Shown: positions 16,468 through 25,657, counted from the stretch's first letter. The stretch: DNA of 53,178 nt from an uncultured Planctomycetales bacterium (GCA_964515035.1 CAZEUO010000001.1:24464-77641); one strand, 5' to 3'. The notes: generated by a model from the sequence alone, not told the origin. Numbers and translations are program-made.

Positions 16468-17388
16468 ATGAAAATTTTTGTCGGTAACTTGGCATTTCAA
16501 GCAACACAGGTTGATGTCCAAGGGCTTTTTGAAAGCTTTGGCGAAGTCGTTTCTGTCAAAATTGTAACGGAAAAGAAATCGACAAAGTCACGGGGTTTTG
16601 GTTTTGTTGAGATGTCGGATTTCCAAAAAGGCAGTGCCGCGATAACGGCTTTAAACGGTAAAGACTTCATGGGCCGTCCTCTCGATATCAGCATCGCGCG
16701 GTCAAAAACTGAAATGCGACATTCCGGCGCTCATGGCAAAGAAAATCGCCCGCAGACTAAAGAAGAATTTTCGCCCAAAAGCCAGCCGAAACCCTTTCAG
16801 GGAAACAAGAAACAAGGTTTTGCCAAGCCCTGGCAAAAGAGCCATGATGGTTTTAATGCTAAACCTTGGCGGAAGGCTGAGGGAGATTCCAAGCCCTGGA
16901 AGAAACCCGGCGGTGAATATAGGCCTTGGCAGAAGACCGGTGGGCCTTCAAACTTTATTAAGAAAACAGGCGGCCAGTTTCAGTCGTGGAAGAAAGCCGA
17001 TGGAAGTTCAAAACCCTGGAAGAAAACCGAAGGAGATTCCAAGCCCTGGAAGAAACCCGGCGGTGAATACAGGCCTTGGCAGAAGACTGGTGGGCCGTCG
17101 AATTTTATTAAGAAAACAGGGGGTCAGTTTCAATCGTGGAAGAAAGCTGAAGGAGATTCTAAACCCTGGAAGAAACCTTCTGGCGAGTATCGGCCATGGA
17201 AAAAACCTGACGGTGAATACAAGCCCTGGAAGAAAACCGGCGATCAGCCTAAACCTTGGAAAAAGTCCGAAGGCGGCTCAAAGCCTTGGGGTCAATCTGC
17301 CGGCGACTCTAAACCCCCGTATAAAAGCAGTAGCCGTCCGCCTCAAACTCCCTTTAAAACCCGCAGAAAATCCCGGTATTCAAAATAA
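16468..17388 (+). CDS. RRM-domain RNA-binding protein with long Lys/Pro/Trp-rich repeat tail
   Basis: RNP2 IFVGNL and RNP1 RGFGFVEM in the first ~80 aa. The tail carries 12 [KR]PW[KQRG][KQ] motifs. Confidence 0.85.
   Translation: MKIFVGNLAFQATQVDVQGLFESFGEVVSVKIVTEKKSTKSRGFGFVEMSDFQKGSAAITALNGKDFMGRPLDISIARSKTEMRHSGAHGKENRPQTKEEFSPKSQPKPFQGNKKQGFAKPWQKSHDGFNAKPWRKAEGDSKPWKKPGGEYRPWQKTGGPSNFIKKTGGQFQSWKKADGSSKPWKKTEGDSKPWKKPGGEYRPWQKTGGPSNFIKKTGGQFQSWKKAEGDSKPWKKPSGEYRPWKKPDGEYKPWKKTGDQPKPWKKSEGGSKPWGQSAGDSKPPYKSSSRPPQTPFKTRRKSRYSK
16822..17295 (+). repeat. In-frame tandem repeat array encoding the KPWKK tail
   Basis: 16882-16998 and 17032-17148 are near-identical 117-nt copies. A third, partial copy starts at 17152. 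The short KPWKK-type period continues throughout. Confidence 0.8.
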
Positions 17389-17430
17389 GTTTTAAGCGGT
17401 TTTGCCATCGATTTTACCCTTAGAATCCCC

Positions 17431-17459
17431 TTGCCGTAGACACCCAATCCAGATATAAT
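17431..17459 (+). promoter_or_regulatory. Candidate sigma70-type promoter (TTGCCG-17 nt-TATAAT)
   Basis: TTGCCG at 17431-17436, 17-nt spacer, TATAAT at 17454-17459. Sits ~70 nt upstream of the SPFH gene, which has an AGGAGG RBS. Confidence 0.45.
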
Positions 17460-17530
17460 ACAAACTCAGTTTACGGATAAGAGAGATTAATTCTACTCAT
17501 TAAGCAGGAAGGCGTTTTAGGAGGAGACCG

Positions 17531-18385
17531 ATGAATATAGGGATCATTATTGGCGTTGCGTTGATTGTTTTCTTTTTTGCCGGGATCAGAATTATTAGAC
17601 CTACTCACCGCGGCTTAATCGAAAGGCTGGGAAAATATAATCGTTTTGCTGGTTCGGGATTTCACTGGATTATCCCTGCCATCGAAGCTCTTTATCTTGA
17701 CAATATAACCGAGCAAATGGTTGATGCCGAATCGCAGGAGATTATTACTAACGATAACTTGAACGCCCGTGTCGATGCTCAGGTTTATTTCAAGGTTAAA
17801 CCGGACGAACAAAATGTTAAAAATTCCCTTTATAACGTTAATAATTACCAATATCAGATCGTTAACTTGGCACGGACGACCCTGAGGAATATTATCGGAA
17901 CAATGACCTTGAAATCCGCTAACAGCGAAAGAGGCCGGATTAATGCGGAACTTCATACTATCCTGACGAAGGAGACGGCAGAATGGGGCCTGGAGATCGT
18001 GCGCACGGAGTTAAAAGAGATTGATCCGCCCAAAGATGTTCAAGAAACGATGAATAAAGTTGTTAAGGCCGAAAACGAAAAGATTGCTGCGATTGATTAT
18101 GCGACCGCGACTGAAACGGTTGCCGACGGGCAAAAGCGCGCCGAAATCAAGAAAGCCGAAGGGATCAAGCAGGCCCGGATTCTAGAGGCCGAAGGCGAGG
18201 CATTGGCGATCAAGCTCGTCAATGAAGCCGCCAACCAGTATTTTGTCGGCAATGCGCAAATTTTAAGAAAGCTGGAAGCGGTTGAAAAGGCTCTCAAAGA
18301 TAACACAAAAGTTGTTGTTCCGGCCGGTGCGGAACTAGTCAATGTAATCGGCGAGATGGCCGGAATTGTGCCGATTAAGAAATAA
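17531..18385 (+). CDS. SPFH/Band 7 (stomatin/prohibitin-like) membrane protein
   Basis: N-terminal TM helix followed by an SPFH core (IRIIRPTHRGLIERLGKY...TNDNLNARVDAQVYFKV...LRNIIG...WGLEIVRTELKEIDPP). Confidence 0.85.
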   Translation: MNIGIIIGVALIVFFFAGIRIIRPTHRGLIERLGKYNRFAGSGFHWIIPAIEALYLDNITEQMVDAESQEIITNDNLNARVDAQVYFKVKPDEQNVKNSLYNVNNYQYQIVNLARTTLRNIIGTMTLKSANSERGRINAELHTILTKETAEWGLEIVRTELKEIDPPKDVQETMNKVVKAENEKIAAIDYATATETVADGQKRAEIKKAEGIKQARILEAEGEALAIKLVNEAANQYFVGNAQILRKLEAVEKALKDNTKVVVPAGAELVNVIGEMAGIVPIKK

Positions 18386-18412
18386 CTTTCTAAAGCGAAA
18401 GGAATTCAACTG

Positions 18413-18736
18413 ATGTCATTAGTGCACCTTACGGAGAAAAACTTTGAGTCGGAAGTCACGAAATCACAGTTACCCGTTTTAGTCGATTTCTGGGCGGAGT
18501 GGTGCGGGCCTTGCCGCATGATCGGCCCTGTCGTTGAACAAATGGCCAAGGACTATCATGGGAAGTTGAAAGTTGCCAAGCTTAACGTTGATGAGGCCCA
18601 GGACTTGGCCATCAAATATGGCGTCATGTCTATTCCGACAATTATTGTTTTTAAAAATGGAAAACCTGTCGATCAAGTCGTCGGAGCCATGGATAAAGAA
18701 CAGCTTGTTAACCGCCTCAAAGGGAATTGGGAATAA
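18413..18736 (+). CDS. trxA: Thioredoxin
   Basis: 107 aa with the WAEWCGPCRM active site and a typical TrxA C-terminal half (GVMSIPTIIVFKNGKPV). Confidence 0.9.
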   Translation: MSLVHLTEKNFESEVTKSQLPVLVDFWAEWCGPCRMIGPVVEQMAKDYHGKLKVAKLNVDEAQDLAIKYGVMSIPTIIVFKNGKPVDQVVGAMDKEQLVNRLKGNWE

Positions 18737-18738
18737 TA

Positions 18739-19089
18739 ATGCTTCTGACTTTGTGTAAATCCAAAATTGCCAATGCCAGAGTTACCCAGGCTGACCTCTA
18801 CTACCAGGGCAGCATCACCATTGACGAAAAAATTCTGAAAGCATCCGGGATTCTTCCCGGAGAAAAAGTCGAGGTCCTCAATATCAATAACGGCTCCCGT
18901 GTGGAAACCTATACCATTGCCGGGCGGCCGGGCGCCGGAGAGATTTGCTTGAACGGCCCGGCCGCCCGCTCAGGATGTATCGGGGATACCCTCATTATCC
19001 TGTGCTATTGTCTTGCGGAGGAAAAGGAAGCCCGAAGCCTTAAAACAAAAATCGTTCACCTCGATGATCACAACAAAATTCAGCGTTAG
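18739..19089 (+). CDS. panD: Aspartate 1-decarboxylase
   Basis: MLLTLCKSKIANARVTQADLYYQGSITIDE carries the Gly-Ser self-cleavage site. ETYTIAG and ICLNGPAAR present. The start at the internal ATG 18739 matches PanD N-termini. Confidence 0.9.
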   Translation: MLLTLCKSKIANARVTQADLYYQGSITIDEKILKASGILPGEKVEVLNINNGSRVETYTIAGRPGAGEICLNGPAARSGCIGDTLIILCYCLAEEKEARSLKTKIVHLDDHNKIQR

Positions 19090-19579
19090 GATTTACGGCG
19101 ATTCGTGCCTTCGCAAAAAATCTTCCCCCGTCAAAAAAGTTGGGCCGAGTGAGCGAATCTTAATTGCCAGCATGATTGAGACGATGAACGATCACAAAGG
19201 AGTCGGCCTGGCCGCACCCCAGGTGGGCATTAACGAACAAATTTTCGTGGCCGATGTCGGCGACGGGCCAATGGCCTTTGTTAATCCGCAGATCAAAAAG
19301 AAGCGCGGTTCCGAGGTGATGGAAGAGGGGTGTTTGAGTATTCCGGGTGTTCTCGTTGATATCAAGAGACCCAAGAACATCGTTGTCCACTACTTAGATG
19401 AGAATAATAAAAAAGTTGAACGTGAGTTCGACGGCCTGTTGGCCAGGGTTATCCAGCACGAAACAGATCATCTCAAAGGAAAATTGATTATCGATTATGC
19501 CGGCTGGTATCAGAAACTGAAATTAAAAAGGCAGCTCAAGGATATTCGTAAACTGAGTCAAGAAGTCGTCTCTCCCTAG
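19064..19579 (+). CDS. def: Peptide deformylase
   Basis: The three Def motifs are present: GLAAPQVG, EGCLSIPG and QHETDHL. ATG 19064 is preferred over 19013 and still overlaps panD by 26 nt. Confidence 0.9.
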   Translation: MITTKFSVRIYGDSCLRKKSSPVKKVGPSERILIASMIETMNDHKGVGLAAPQVGINEQIFVADVGDGPMAFVNPQIKKKRGSEVMEEGCLSIPGVLVDIKRPKNIVVHYLDENNKKVEREFDGLLARVIQHETDHLKGKLIIDYAGWYQKLKLKRQLKDIRKLSQEVVSP

Positions 19580-19593
19580 AACCAGAAGTATCT

Positions 19594-20472
19594 ATGCCAG
19601 AAACCAATCGCCTGCCGTCCTGGTTTAAACAAGAAATCCCCGCTTTAGAAAAAATTCGCGGCATGAAAAAGCTTTTTCGCGAAACCGGCCTCCATACGGT
19701 TTGCGAAAGCGCCCATTGTCCTAATATCGGCGAATGTTGGGGGCGCAAAACGGCCACATTTATGATTTTAGGCGATGTCTGCACCCGGGCCTGCCGATTT
19801 TGTGCTGTCGCCGCCGGAAAGCCTCTTGTTGTCGATCCGCATGAACCAACTCACGTCGCCAACGCCGTTCAAAAACTCAATTTAAAGTTTGTTGTCATCA
19901 CGTCCGTTGCCCGCGATGATTTGCCCGATGGGGGTGCTACCCAATTTGCAAAAACCATTTTTGAAATCCGCCATCTCTTACCCGAGGTCAAAATTGAAAT
20001 TCTCATTCCCGATTTCTCCGGAAAATTTGAAAATCTTAAGATTGTTATAGACGCCAAGCCTGAGGTCATTAGCCACAATATCGAAACGGTTGCCCGGCTT
20101 TCCAAAAAAGTCCGTCCGCAGGCTGAGTATCGGCGATCACTTGAAACATTAAAGATGATGAGGGAGCTGGATCCGTCTATCATCGTAAAATCCAGCCTGA
20201 TGGTTGGTTTAGGGGAGAGGCGCGACGAAGTTGAGGCGACAATGAAGGACTTGCTGAAAGCGGGTTGCGATATTTTAACTGTCGGGCAATACTTAGCACC
20301 TTCACAGCTCAAACGCCATGTTCCGGTTGAGCGTTTTGTGACTCCTGAAGAATTTGAATCTTACAAGGCGACGGGATTGTCACTGGGATTTAGGTATGTG
20401 GCCAGCGGGCCTTTGGTGAGAAGTTCTTATCTGGCCGAAGAAGGTTACCGGGAATGTCTGGCGATTGTATAA
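19594..20472 (+). CDS. lipA: Lipoyl synthase
   Basis: Auxiliary cluster CESAHCPNIGEC, radical-SAM CTRACRFCAV and C-terminal RSSY. Confidence 0.92.
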   Translation: MPETNRLPSWFKQEIPALEKIRGMKKLFRETGLHTVCESAHCPNIGECWGRKTATFMILGDVCTRACRFCAVAAGKPLVVDPHEPTHVANAVQKLNLKFVVITSVARDDLPDGGATQFAKTIFEIRHLLPEVKIEILIPDFSGKFENLKIVIDAKPEVISHNIETVARLSKKVRPQAEYRRSLETLKMMRELDPSIIVKSSLMVGLGERRDEVEATMKDLLKAGCDILTVGQYLAPSQLKRHVPVERFVTPEEFESYKATGLSLGFRYVASGPLVRSSYLAEEGYRECLAIV

Positions 20473-20475
20473 CAT

Positions 20476-21468
20476 ATGGCACTTAACGAGAAAATGAAAA
20501 ACCTTCTTTCTTTGTTGCTGCGCATCGGTTTGAGCGGTGCGTTGATGACGTATCTCTTTAGCAAAATCGATACCGCCAAAATGCTTGAAATTATTAAAAG
20601 TGCGGATATTGGGTATATCGGCATTGCTGCATCGGCGTTTGCCTTTATCAACGGCATATTGCTCATCCGTTGGATCATTTTTATCCGGGCGTTGGGATTG
20701 AAGGTTTCGATTGCGAGCGTGACAAACTGTTTTTTTATCGGGCTGTTCTTCAATCTCTTTTTGCCGAGTTCAACCGGCGGAGATGTTGTCAAGACGATCG
20801 GTTTATTTCGCGATACAGCCGATAAAGCCAGGGTGGTTGCCTCGGTTGTGGCGGATCGCTTAAGCGGTTTTGTTTCGATTGTCATGGTGGCGTTGGTCGC
20901 ATTTATTTTTGGATACCGTTTTGTTAATGATAATTCTCTGTTGATTTTTATCGCTATTTTAGCCTCGGTATCCGGTGGGCTTGTGATTTTTCTATTTAAC
21001 GAGACGCTATTTTCTTTTATTTGCCGGATTTTTGATAGGCTTCCAAAAATCAAAGAATCGTTCATGCGGTTGCACTTTGCGATTGTGTTGTTAAAGGGAA
21101 AACCGAAAACGCTTTTGGCGGCTGTGGCGTGTTCATCGCTGTCGCAGGCAATCCTTGCGTGCATATTCTTTCTTGTGGCCAAGGGGCTGCATCAGGAGAT
21201 TCCTTTAATTTATTTTTTAATCTTTGTTCCTTTGATATGCGTCATTTCTTCTCTGCCCTCGATCGGCGGTTTGGGTGTCCGAGAGGGCGGGGCCGCGTAT
21301 TTATTTGCCAAGGTTGGCGTTGAAACGTCGGTTATTGTCAGTATTTCTTTGGTGAGTTTTCTATTTATGGTGGTGATGGGTTTAATCGGCGGACTAGTTT
21401 ACATCGTTGCTCTGTCATGCAAAACGAAAATAGCTGATCAACTGAAAGCCGATCCGCAGGGCACTTAA
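20476..21468 (+). CDS. Flippase-like / lysylphosphatidylglycerol-synthase TM-region family (UPF0104) membrane protein
   Basis: About 8 TM helices with the family motif FFNLFLPSSTGGDVVK and GGLGVREGG. Confidence 0.7.
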   Translation: MALNEKMKNLLSLLLRIGLSGALMTYLFSKIDTAKMLEIIKSADIGYIGIAASAFAFINGILLIRWIIFIRALGLKVSIASVTNCFFIGLFFNLFLPSSTGGDVVKTIGLFRDTADKARVVASVVADRLSGFVSIVMVALVAFIFGYRFVNDNSLLIFIAILASVSGGLVIFLFNETLFSFICRIFDRLPKIKESFMRLHFAIVLLKGKPKTLLAAVACSSLSQAILACIFFLVAKGLHQEIPLIYFLIFVPLICVISSLPSIGGLGVREGGAAYLFAKVGVETSVIVSISLVSFLFMVVMGLIGGLVYIVALSCKTKIADQLKADPQGT

Positions 21469-21480
21469 GAGATTTTTTCA

Positions 21481-21981
21481 ATGTCGTTATGGTATATTCT
21501 CGATGGCTACAACATTGTTAAGCAGGTTCCGGCGCTCAATTTAAAAGAGCTTCAAGGCGGCCGGGAGAGCTTGGTCCGTTTGATTGAAATTTACAAGCCC
21601 CAAGGAAGCCGTAATAATTCTGTCACGATTGTTTTTGACGGTCAGGAAGGGATTAGCCATCCGGGAAAGCCGTCATCGGTTAAGGTAATATTCTCCAACG
21701 CGGAATCTGCCGATGACAAAATCAAAAGCCTTGTGGCGGCGTGCAAACGCAAAAAAGAAACGATAGTGGTCACCGATGATCGGGAATTGCAGTTTTCCGT
21801 CCGGGCGCTGGGCGCTTTGGTCTTAAGCGTTTCCGGTTTTCTTGAAAAAGTGAAGAAGCAGGAAATCAAATCCGGTGACCGCAAAGTCAAGGACTCAAAC
21901 GAAGGCGAGAGGAAGGCAATCTCTAAAGCTTTAGAATTTCAAATCAACGCTGAGCTGGAAAAAATCTGGCTTAAGAAATGA
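21481..21981 (+). CDS. YacP-like NYN-domain (predicted RNase) protein
   Basis: WYILDGYNIV...RESLVRLIEIY...VTIVFDG...VVTDDRELQ matches the YacP/Rae1-type NYN layout. Confidence 0.7.
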   Translation: MSLWYILDGYNIVKQVPALNLKELQGGRESLVRLIEIYKPQGSRNNSVTIVFDGQEGISHPGKPSSVKVIFSNAESADDKIKSLVAACKRKKETIVVTDDRELQFSVRALGALVLSVSGFLEKVKKQEIKSGDRKVKDSNEGERKAISKALEFQINAELEKIWLKK

Positions 21982-22760
21982 TTATGCAAGTAGCGAACGC
22001 TTCCAAGAACTTTGTCAAATTCGTCGGCACAGCGGGCGCGCGGTTTGTCACCATTAGCCAAATGCGTTCGTCCGGTGGGATATGGATTTCTTTCGAGGGG
22101 ACGAATGTTTTAATTGATCCCGGCCCGGGGAGCTTGGTGCGCTGCCTGCAATCAATCCCTAAGCTGGATCCGTCGAGCCTGGATGCGATTATTCTTACTC
22201 ACCGGCATATTGATCATTGCAATGACATCAACATCATGATTGAGGCGATGACCCAGGGCGGGTCGAAAAAGCGGGGAGTCGTTTTTCTTCCTTCGGATAT
22301 GCTCAACGGACAATCGATTTTACTCGAGTATTTTCGTAATCTCCCGGAGAAAATCGTCAGTTTTGAAGAAGGAAAAAGTTATTCTGTCGGTCAAATTCAT
22401 TTCTCAACACCAATCCGGCACATTCATACGGTGGAAACATACGGCCTGAAATTTAATTTTCACGGTAAAACAATTTCTTTCATTGTCGATACGCGTTTTT
22501 CCCAAAAGATTGCGGAGCATTACCGGGCTGACATCGTTGTCATCAACACCGTCTTTATCGAATCGCTTGCTAACGTCGATCATTTGAGTCTCAAAGACGC
22601 TGGCGAAATTATTTCAGCAATTCGCCCGAAAAAAGCGATTCTCACGCATTTTGGCCGGGATATTATTCGCGAAGGGCCGGAGGAGTTGTCGGAACGACTA
22701 GGAAAAGAATGTGGCATTGAGGTCATTGCTGCGACCGACGGCATGAGTCTGGAATTATAA
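21978..22760 (+). CDS. MBL-fold metallo-hydrolase
   Basis: ATGA overlap with the NYN gene. THRHIDHCND (HxHxDH motif). Later His/Asp residues present. Confidence 0.75.
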   Translation: MIMQVANASKNFVKFVGTAGARFVTISQMRSSGGIWISFEGTNVLIDPGPGSLVRCLQSIPKLDPSSLDAIILTHRHIDHCNDINIMIEAMTQGGSKKRGVVFLPSDMLNGQSILLEYFRNLPEKIVSFEEGKSYSVGQIHFSTPIRHIHTVETYGLKFNFHGKTISFIVDTRFSQKIAEHYRADIVVINTVFIESLANVDHLSLKDAGEIISAIRPKKAILTHFGRDIIREGPEELSERLGKECGIEVIAATDGMSLEL

Positions 22761-22761
22761 A

Positions 22762-23532
22762 ATGAATCATCTTTTCAGCTATATGATGGGGTTTATCGCC
22801 GGGTTGGGAAACGCACTTTTTTTCCTAGGTGATGTATTGCGCTGTATTGTTCGCGGGCGGATTCGTATTAAAGAAGTATTAAAACAAATTTACGAGCAAG
22901 GGATTCAATCGGTTGTCATCATTGCGTTAACATCATTTGCCACCGGAATGGTTTTAGCCCTTCAGGGGTATTTCTTGCTGGAGCGTTTTGGAGCAAAAGA
23001 GTACGTGGCTCATTTGGTCGCGTTATCATTGGTAAGGGAATTAAGCCCGGTTTTCGGATCATTAATCTTTTCAGGAAAAGCGGGAGCTCGCATGGCTGCT
23101 GAATTAGGTTCGATGAGCGTCAACGACCAAATCTTGGCGACGCGTACGCTAGGCGTTGACCCGATTGAATTTCTGGTTGTCCCCCGCATGGTTGCCAGCC
23201 TCATTGTCGTTCCAATTTTGATTGTTTTTTCCGAGATCATCGGCATTGCCGGAGGGTATTGTGTCGGCGTCTACGAGGCCAATATTCCGGGATCGTTTTA
23301 TATCAACCGGACGATGATGGCGATTGATTTTGTGGATTTCTTCAGCGGTTTTATTAAAACATTCTTCTTTGCGCTTTTAATCGGGTGGATTTGCTGTTAT
23401 CAGGGATTTTTTACAAGAGGCGGGTCGCTGGGGGTCGGAAAATTTACGACCAAGGCAGTTGCTTTTTCATATATCTTGATTGTCATTTCAAACGCGATAC
23501 TGACAAAAATCATTCTTACGCTTTGGGGATAA
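22762..23532 (+). CDS. mlaE: MlaE-family lipid ABC transporter permease
   Basis: LVRELSPVFGSLIFSGKAGARMAAELGSMSVNDQILATRTLGVDPIEFLVVPRMVAS is the conserved MlaE core. Confidence 0.85.
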   Translation: MNHLFSYMMGFIAGLGNALFFLGDVLRCIVRGRIRIKEVLKQIYEQGIQSVVIIALTSFATGMVLALQGYFLLERFGAKEYVAHLVALSLVRELSPVFGSLIFSGKAGARMAAELGSMSVNDQILATRTLGVDPIEFLVVPRMVASLIVVPILIVFSEIIGIAGGYCVGVYEANIPGSFYINRTMMAIDFVDFFSGFIKTFFFALLIGWICCYQGFFTRGGSLGVGKFTTKAVAFSYILIVISNAILTKIILTLWG

Positions 23533-23546
23533 AAGGAGGAGTAGAG

Positions 23547-23888
23547 GTGAAACAGAAATTGATTAGGGTCGTGTCGATTATTTTTATTGGGATCAATATT
23601 GGCGGATGTGCCAGCGAATCCAAAAAAGATTCAGGTTGGGTTCCCAACAATACTTTTACAGAAGCCGCATGGATCAGAAACGGCGAGACGCTTGTGTTTG
23701 AAGGCGGAGTATGGAATCCCCAGGACAGCGTGGAGAACATACTGGATTCGGAAGTGTACCCGTTAGGCGAGTACCAGGGATCCCAAATTTTTGCCGAATA
23801 TACGGATGTCAAACCGTTTGACCAGTTGTATACGCGTTTCGCAAAAAATAAATACCGGCTTTTTCAAAAGAAAGCAACGAATGATTAG
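23547..23888 (+). CDS. Small lipoprotein encoded between mlaE and mlaF
   Basis: GTG start 7 nt after an AAGGAGGAG RBS. Signal peptide plus lipobox (VSIIFIGINIGGC). 113 aa. Its stop overlaps the mlaF ATG. Confidence 0.55.
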   Translation: MKQKLIRVVSIIFIGINIGGCASESKKDSGWVPNNTFTEAAWIRNGETLVFEGGVWNPQDSVENILDSEVYPLGEYQGSQIFAEYTDVKPFDQLYTRFAKNKYRLFQKKATND

Positions 23889-24597
23889 AGTGTCACAACT
23901 TCATAAGTCTATTAATGGCCAAGAAATTCTGCACGATATTTCGCTGGAAATCAAGGACGGCGAAATATTGGTTGTCCTGGGCGAAAGCGGTGCGGGAAAG
24001 AGTGTTTTTTTAAAGCACTTGGTTGGGCTGTTTAAACCGGACCAGGGAAAAGTTGAAATCGACCTTGTTGATATTACCCGGTTGACTGAAACGGAGCTTC
24101 TCAATGTCCGGAAAAACATCGGTTATTTATTTCAAGAGGGGGCCTTATACGATTTTATGACGATTTATGAAAATGTTGCTTTCCCCTTGGAAGAGCATAC
24201 AGATTTAAAGGATGATGAAATTAATAAGCGGGTCAAAAATACGTTAAACTTAGTCGGCCTCAAAGAGGCTGAGGAGAAATATCCGGTTGAGTTAAGCGGT
24301 GGAATGAGAAAACGTGCCGCCTTAGCGCGCTCAATTATTTTGGGTTCGAAAATTCTTCTTTGCGATGAACCGACCTCGGGCCTTGATCCCCAGCGCAGCC
24401 ATGACATTTCGGATTTGATAAAAAATATTACACGGCGTATCGGCGCAACAACGGTTGTCACCTCTCACGATGTCAAAAATTCGTTTCGCATCGCAGATCG
24501 CCTGGCTTTAATTCATGATGGGCGGCTTGTGGCCGTCGGCACGCCCCGGGAATTTGAAACAACGCAAAATGCTATCATCAGGGAATTTTTTGATTAA
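23881..24597 (+). CDS. mlaF: MlaF-type ABC transporter ATP-binding protein
   Basis: Walker A GESGAGKS, signature LSGGMRKRAALARS and Walker B ILLCDEPTSGLDP. Start at ATG 23881 (MIRVSQLHKS) rather than 23791. Confidence 0.85.
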   Translation: MIRVSQLHKSINGQEILHDISLEIKDGEILVVLGESGAGKSVFLKHLVGLFKPDQGKVEIDLVDITRLTETELLNVRKNIGYLFQEGALYDFMTIYENVAFPLEEHTDLKDDEINKRVKNTLNLVGLKEAEEKYPVELSGGMRKRAALARSIILGSKILLCDEPTSGLDPQRSHDISDLIKNITRRIGATTVVTSHDVKNSFRIADRLALIHDGRLVAVGTPREFETTQNAIIREFFD

Positions 24598-24628
24598 ACT
24601 TTAAGCGAATAACAAGAAGGGGAAGCCT

Positions 24629-25222
24629 ATGGAAAAACGGGATTTTGTCAAGAGGCTTTATGCCGGGATATTTTTTGTGATCGGGATCTTATTAATTTCA
24701 GTTGTCATCATGGCGATCGGAATCGAAAAAGGAATGACCCAGCCGAAGTTTCAGGCGAAAGTTCTTTTCCGCGAGGTGGGAGGATTAACTCTTGGCGCCC
24801 CGATACGCCTTTCGGGTGTGAATATCGGAAGCGTTGCGGCAATTGATTTTGTGCCCGAGAAAATTGAAGGCCGCGGGGTTCAAGTGACGATGAACTTATT
24901 TCGCCGTTACCGCAAGCAACTGGAAAAGGCCACCGAGGTCGCCATTAAAACGGAGGGGATTTTGGGCGGAAAGATTGTTGCCATTAGCGCCGAACCGAAT
25001 GTCCCATTAATGGATTTAAGCCGGCCGGTTATCGGGGCGGATCCTTTGGATGTCCAGGATTTGGCTGAATCTTTCGGCGATACGGCTGTTTCACTGACCG
25101 AAACCTCGAAAGGAATCAACTCGATTATCGAAGAAATGCAGCGTATTTCCAGGACCTCCAAACGCCTTTTGGATCGAATCGAACAGCGTATTATCGAAGG
25201 CAATTTGTTTAAAGTTTTTTAA
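24629..25222 (+). CDS. mlaD: MlaD/MCE-domain protein
   Basis: N-terminal TM helix followed by an MCE domain (GGLTLGAPIRLSGVNIGSVAAIDF). Confidence 0.8.
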   Translation: MEKRDFVKRLYAGIFFVIGILLISVVIMAIGIEKGMTQPKFQAKVLFREVGGLTLGAPIRLSGVNIGSVAAIDFVPEKIEGRGVQVTMNLFRRYRKQLEKATEVAIKTEGILGGKIVAISAEPNVPLMDLSRPVIGADPLDVQDLAESFGDTAVSLTETSKGINSIIEEMQRISRTSKRLLDRIEQRIIEGNLFKVF

Positions 25223-25247
25223 CGATAGCCGAACAAAGGATTGGGAT

Positions 25248-25544
25248 ATGTTTGTTTTTGGAAATTTTGTTATTTCGCTGGCGAATGTCGTCGATATTAT
25301 TTTAACAATCTTCTATTGGCTGATTTTGATCCGGGCGTTGATCAGCTGGGTTAGCCCCGATCCTTACAACCCAATCGTGCAATTTTTATACCGGCTGACG
25401 GAACCAATTTTATACCCTATCCGAAGCCTTATGCCGCATATGGCCATTGATATTTCGCCGATTATCGCGTTTTTGTTCATTATGTTTCTGAAATCATTTT
25501 TAGTCAGGACGCTGATGGATATCGGCTACCGTGTAGGGCAATAA
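25248..25544 (+). CDS. YggT-family membrane protein
   Basis: 98 aa with two TM segments. LIRALISWVSPDPYNPIVQFLYRLTEPILYPIR is the YggT signature. Confidence 0.8.
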   Translation: MFVFGNFVISLANVVDIILTIFYWLILIRALISWVSPDPYNPIVQFLYRLTEPILYPIRSLMPHMAIDISPIIAFLFIMFLKSFLVRTLMDIGYRVGQ

Positions 25545-25657
25545 CATTTTTGCTGAATTAAAATGGGAAAGACCTTAAGATGTTCGATAAAATGAAAAAT
25601 CCCAGGCTGTCGCGACGCAAAAGATGACGGAAAACAACATAAACAAAGGAGAGTCCA

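Noticed and set aside
16822-17295. Regularly spaced repeats as a possible CRISPR-like or noncoding tandem array.
   Set aside because: The repeats are in frame within a continuous ORF behind an RRM domain. The period is 30-150 nt with no unique spacers, and there are no cas genes in the window.
16733-17395. 220-aa ORF in an alternative + frame inside the RRM-protein gene.
   Set aside because: It is an artefact of the repeat-rich tail staying open in a second frame. It has no RBS, the Arg/Pro/Gly-rich translation mirrors the repeats, and the RRM frame is continuous from a good RBS.
20445-21182. 245-aa antisense ORF opposite the UPF0104 membrane-protein gene. Similar antisense ORFs occur at 19869..20312, 40968..41372, 42734..43327, 8994..9416 and 15671..16015.
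   Set aside because: All lie fully inside well-supported + strand genes with recognisable motifs. They have no RBS or family resemblance, and their composition mirrors the sense gene.
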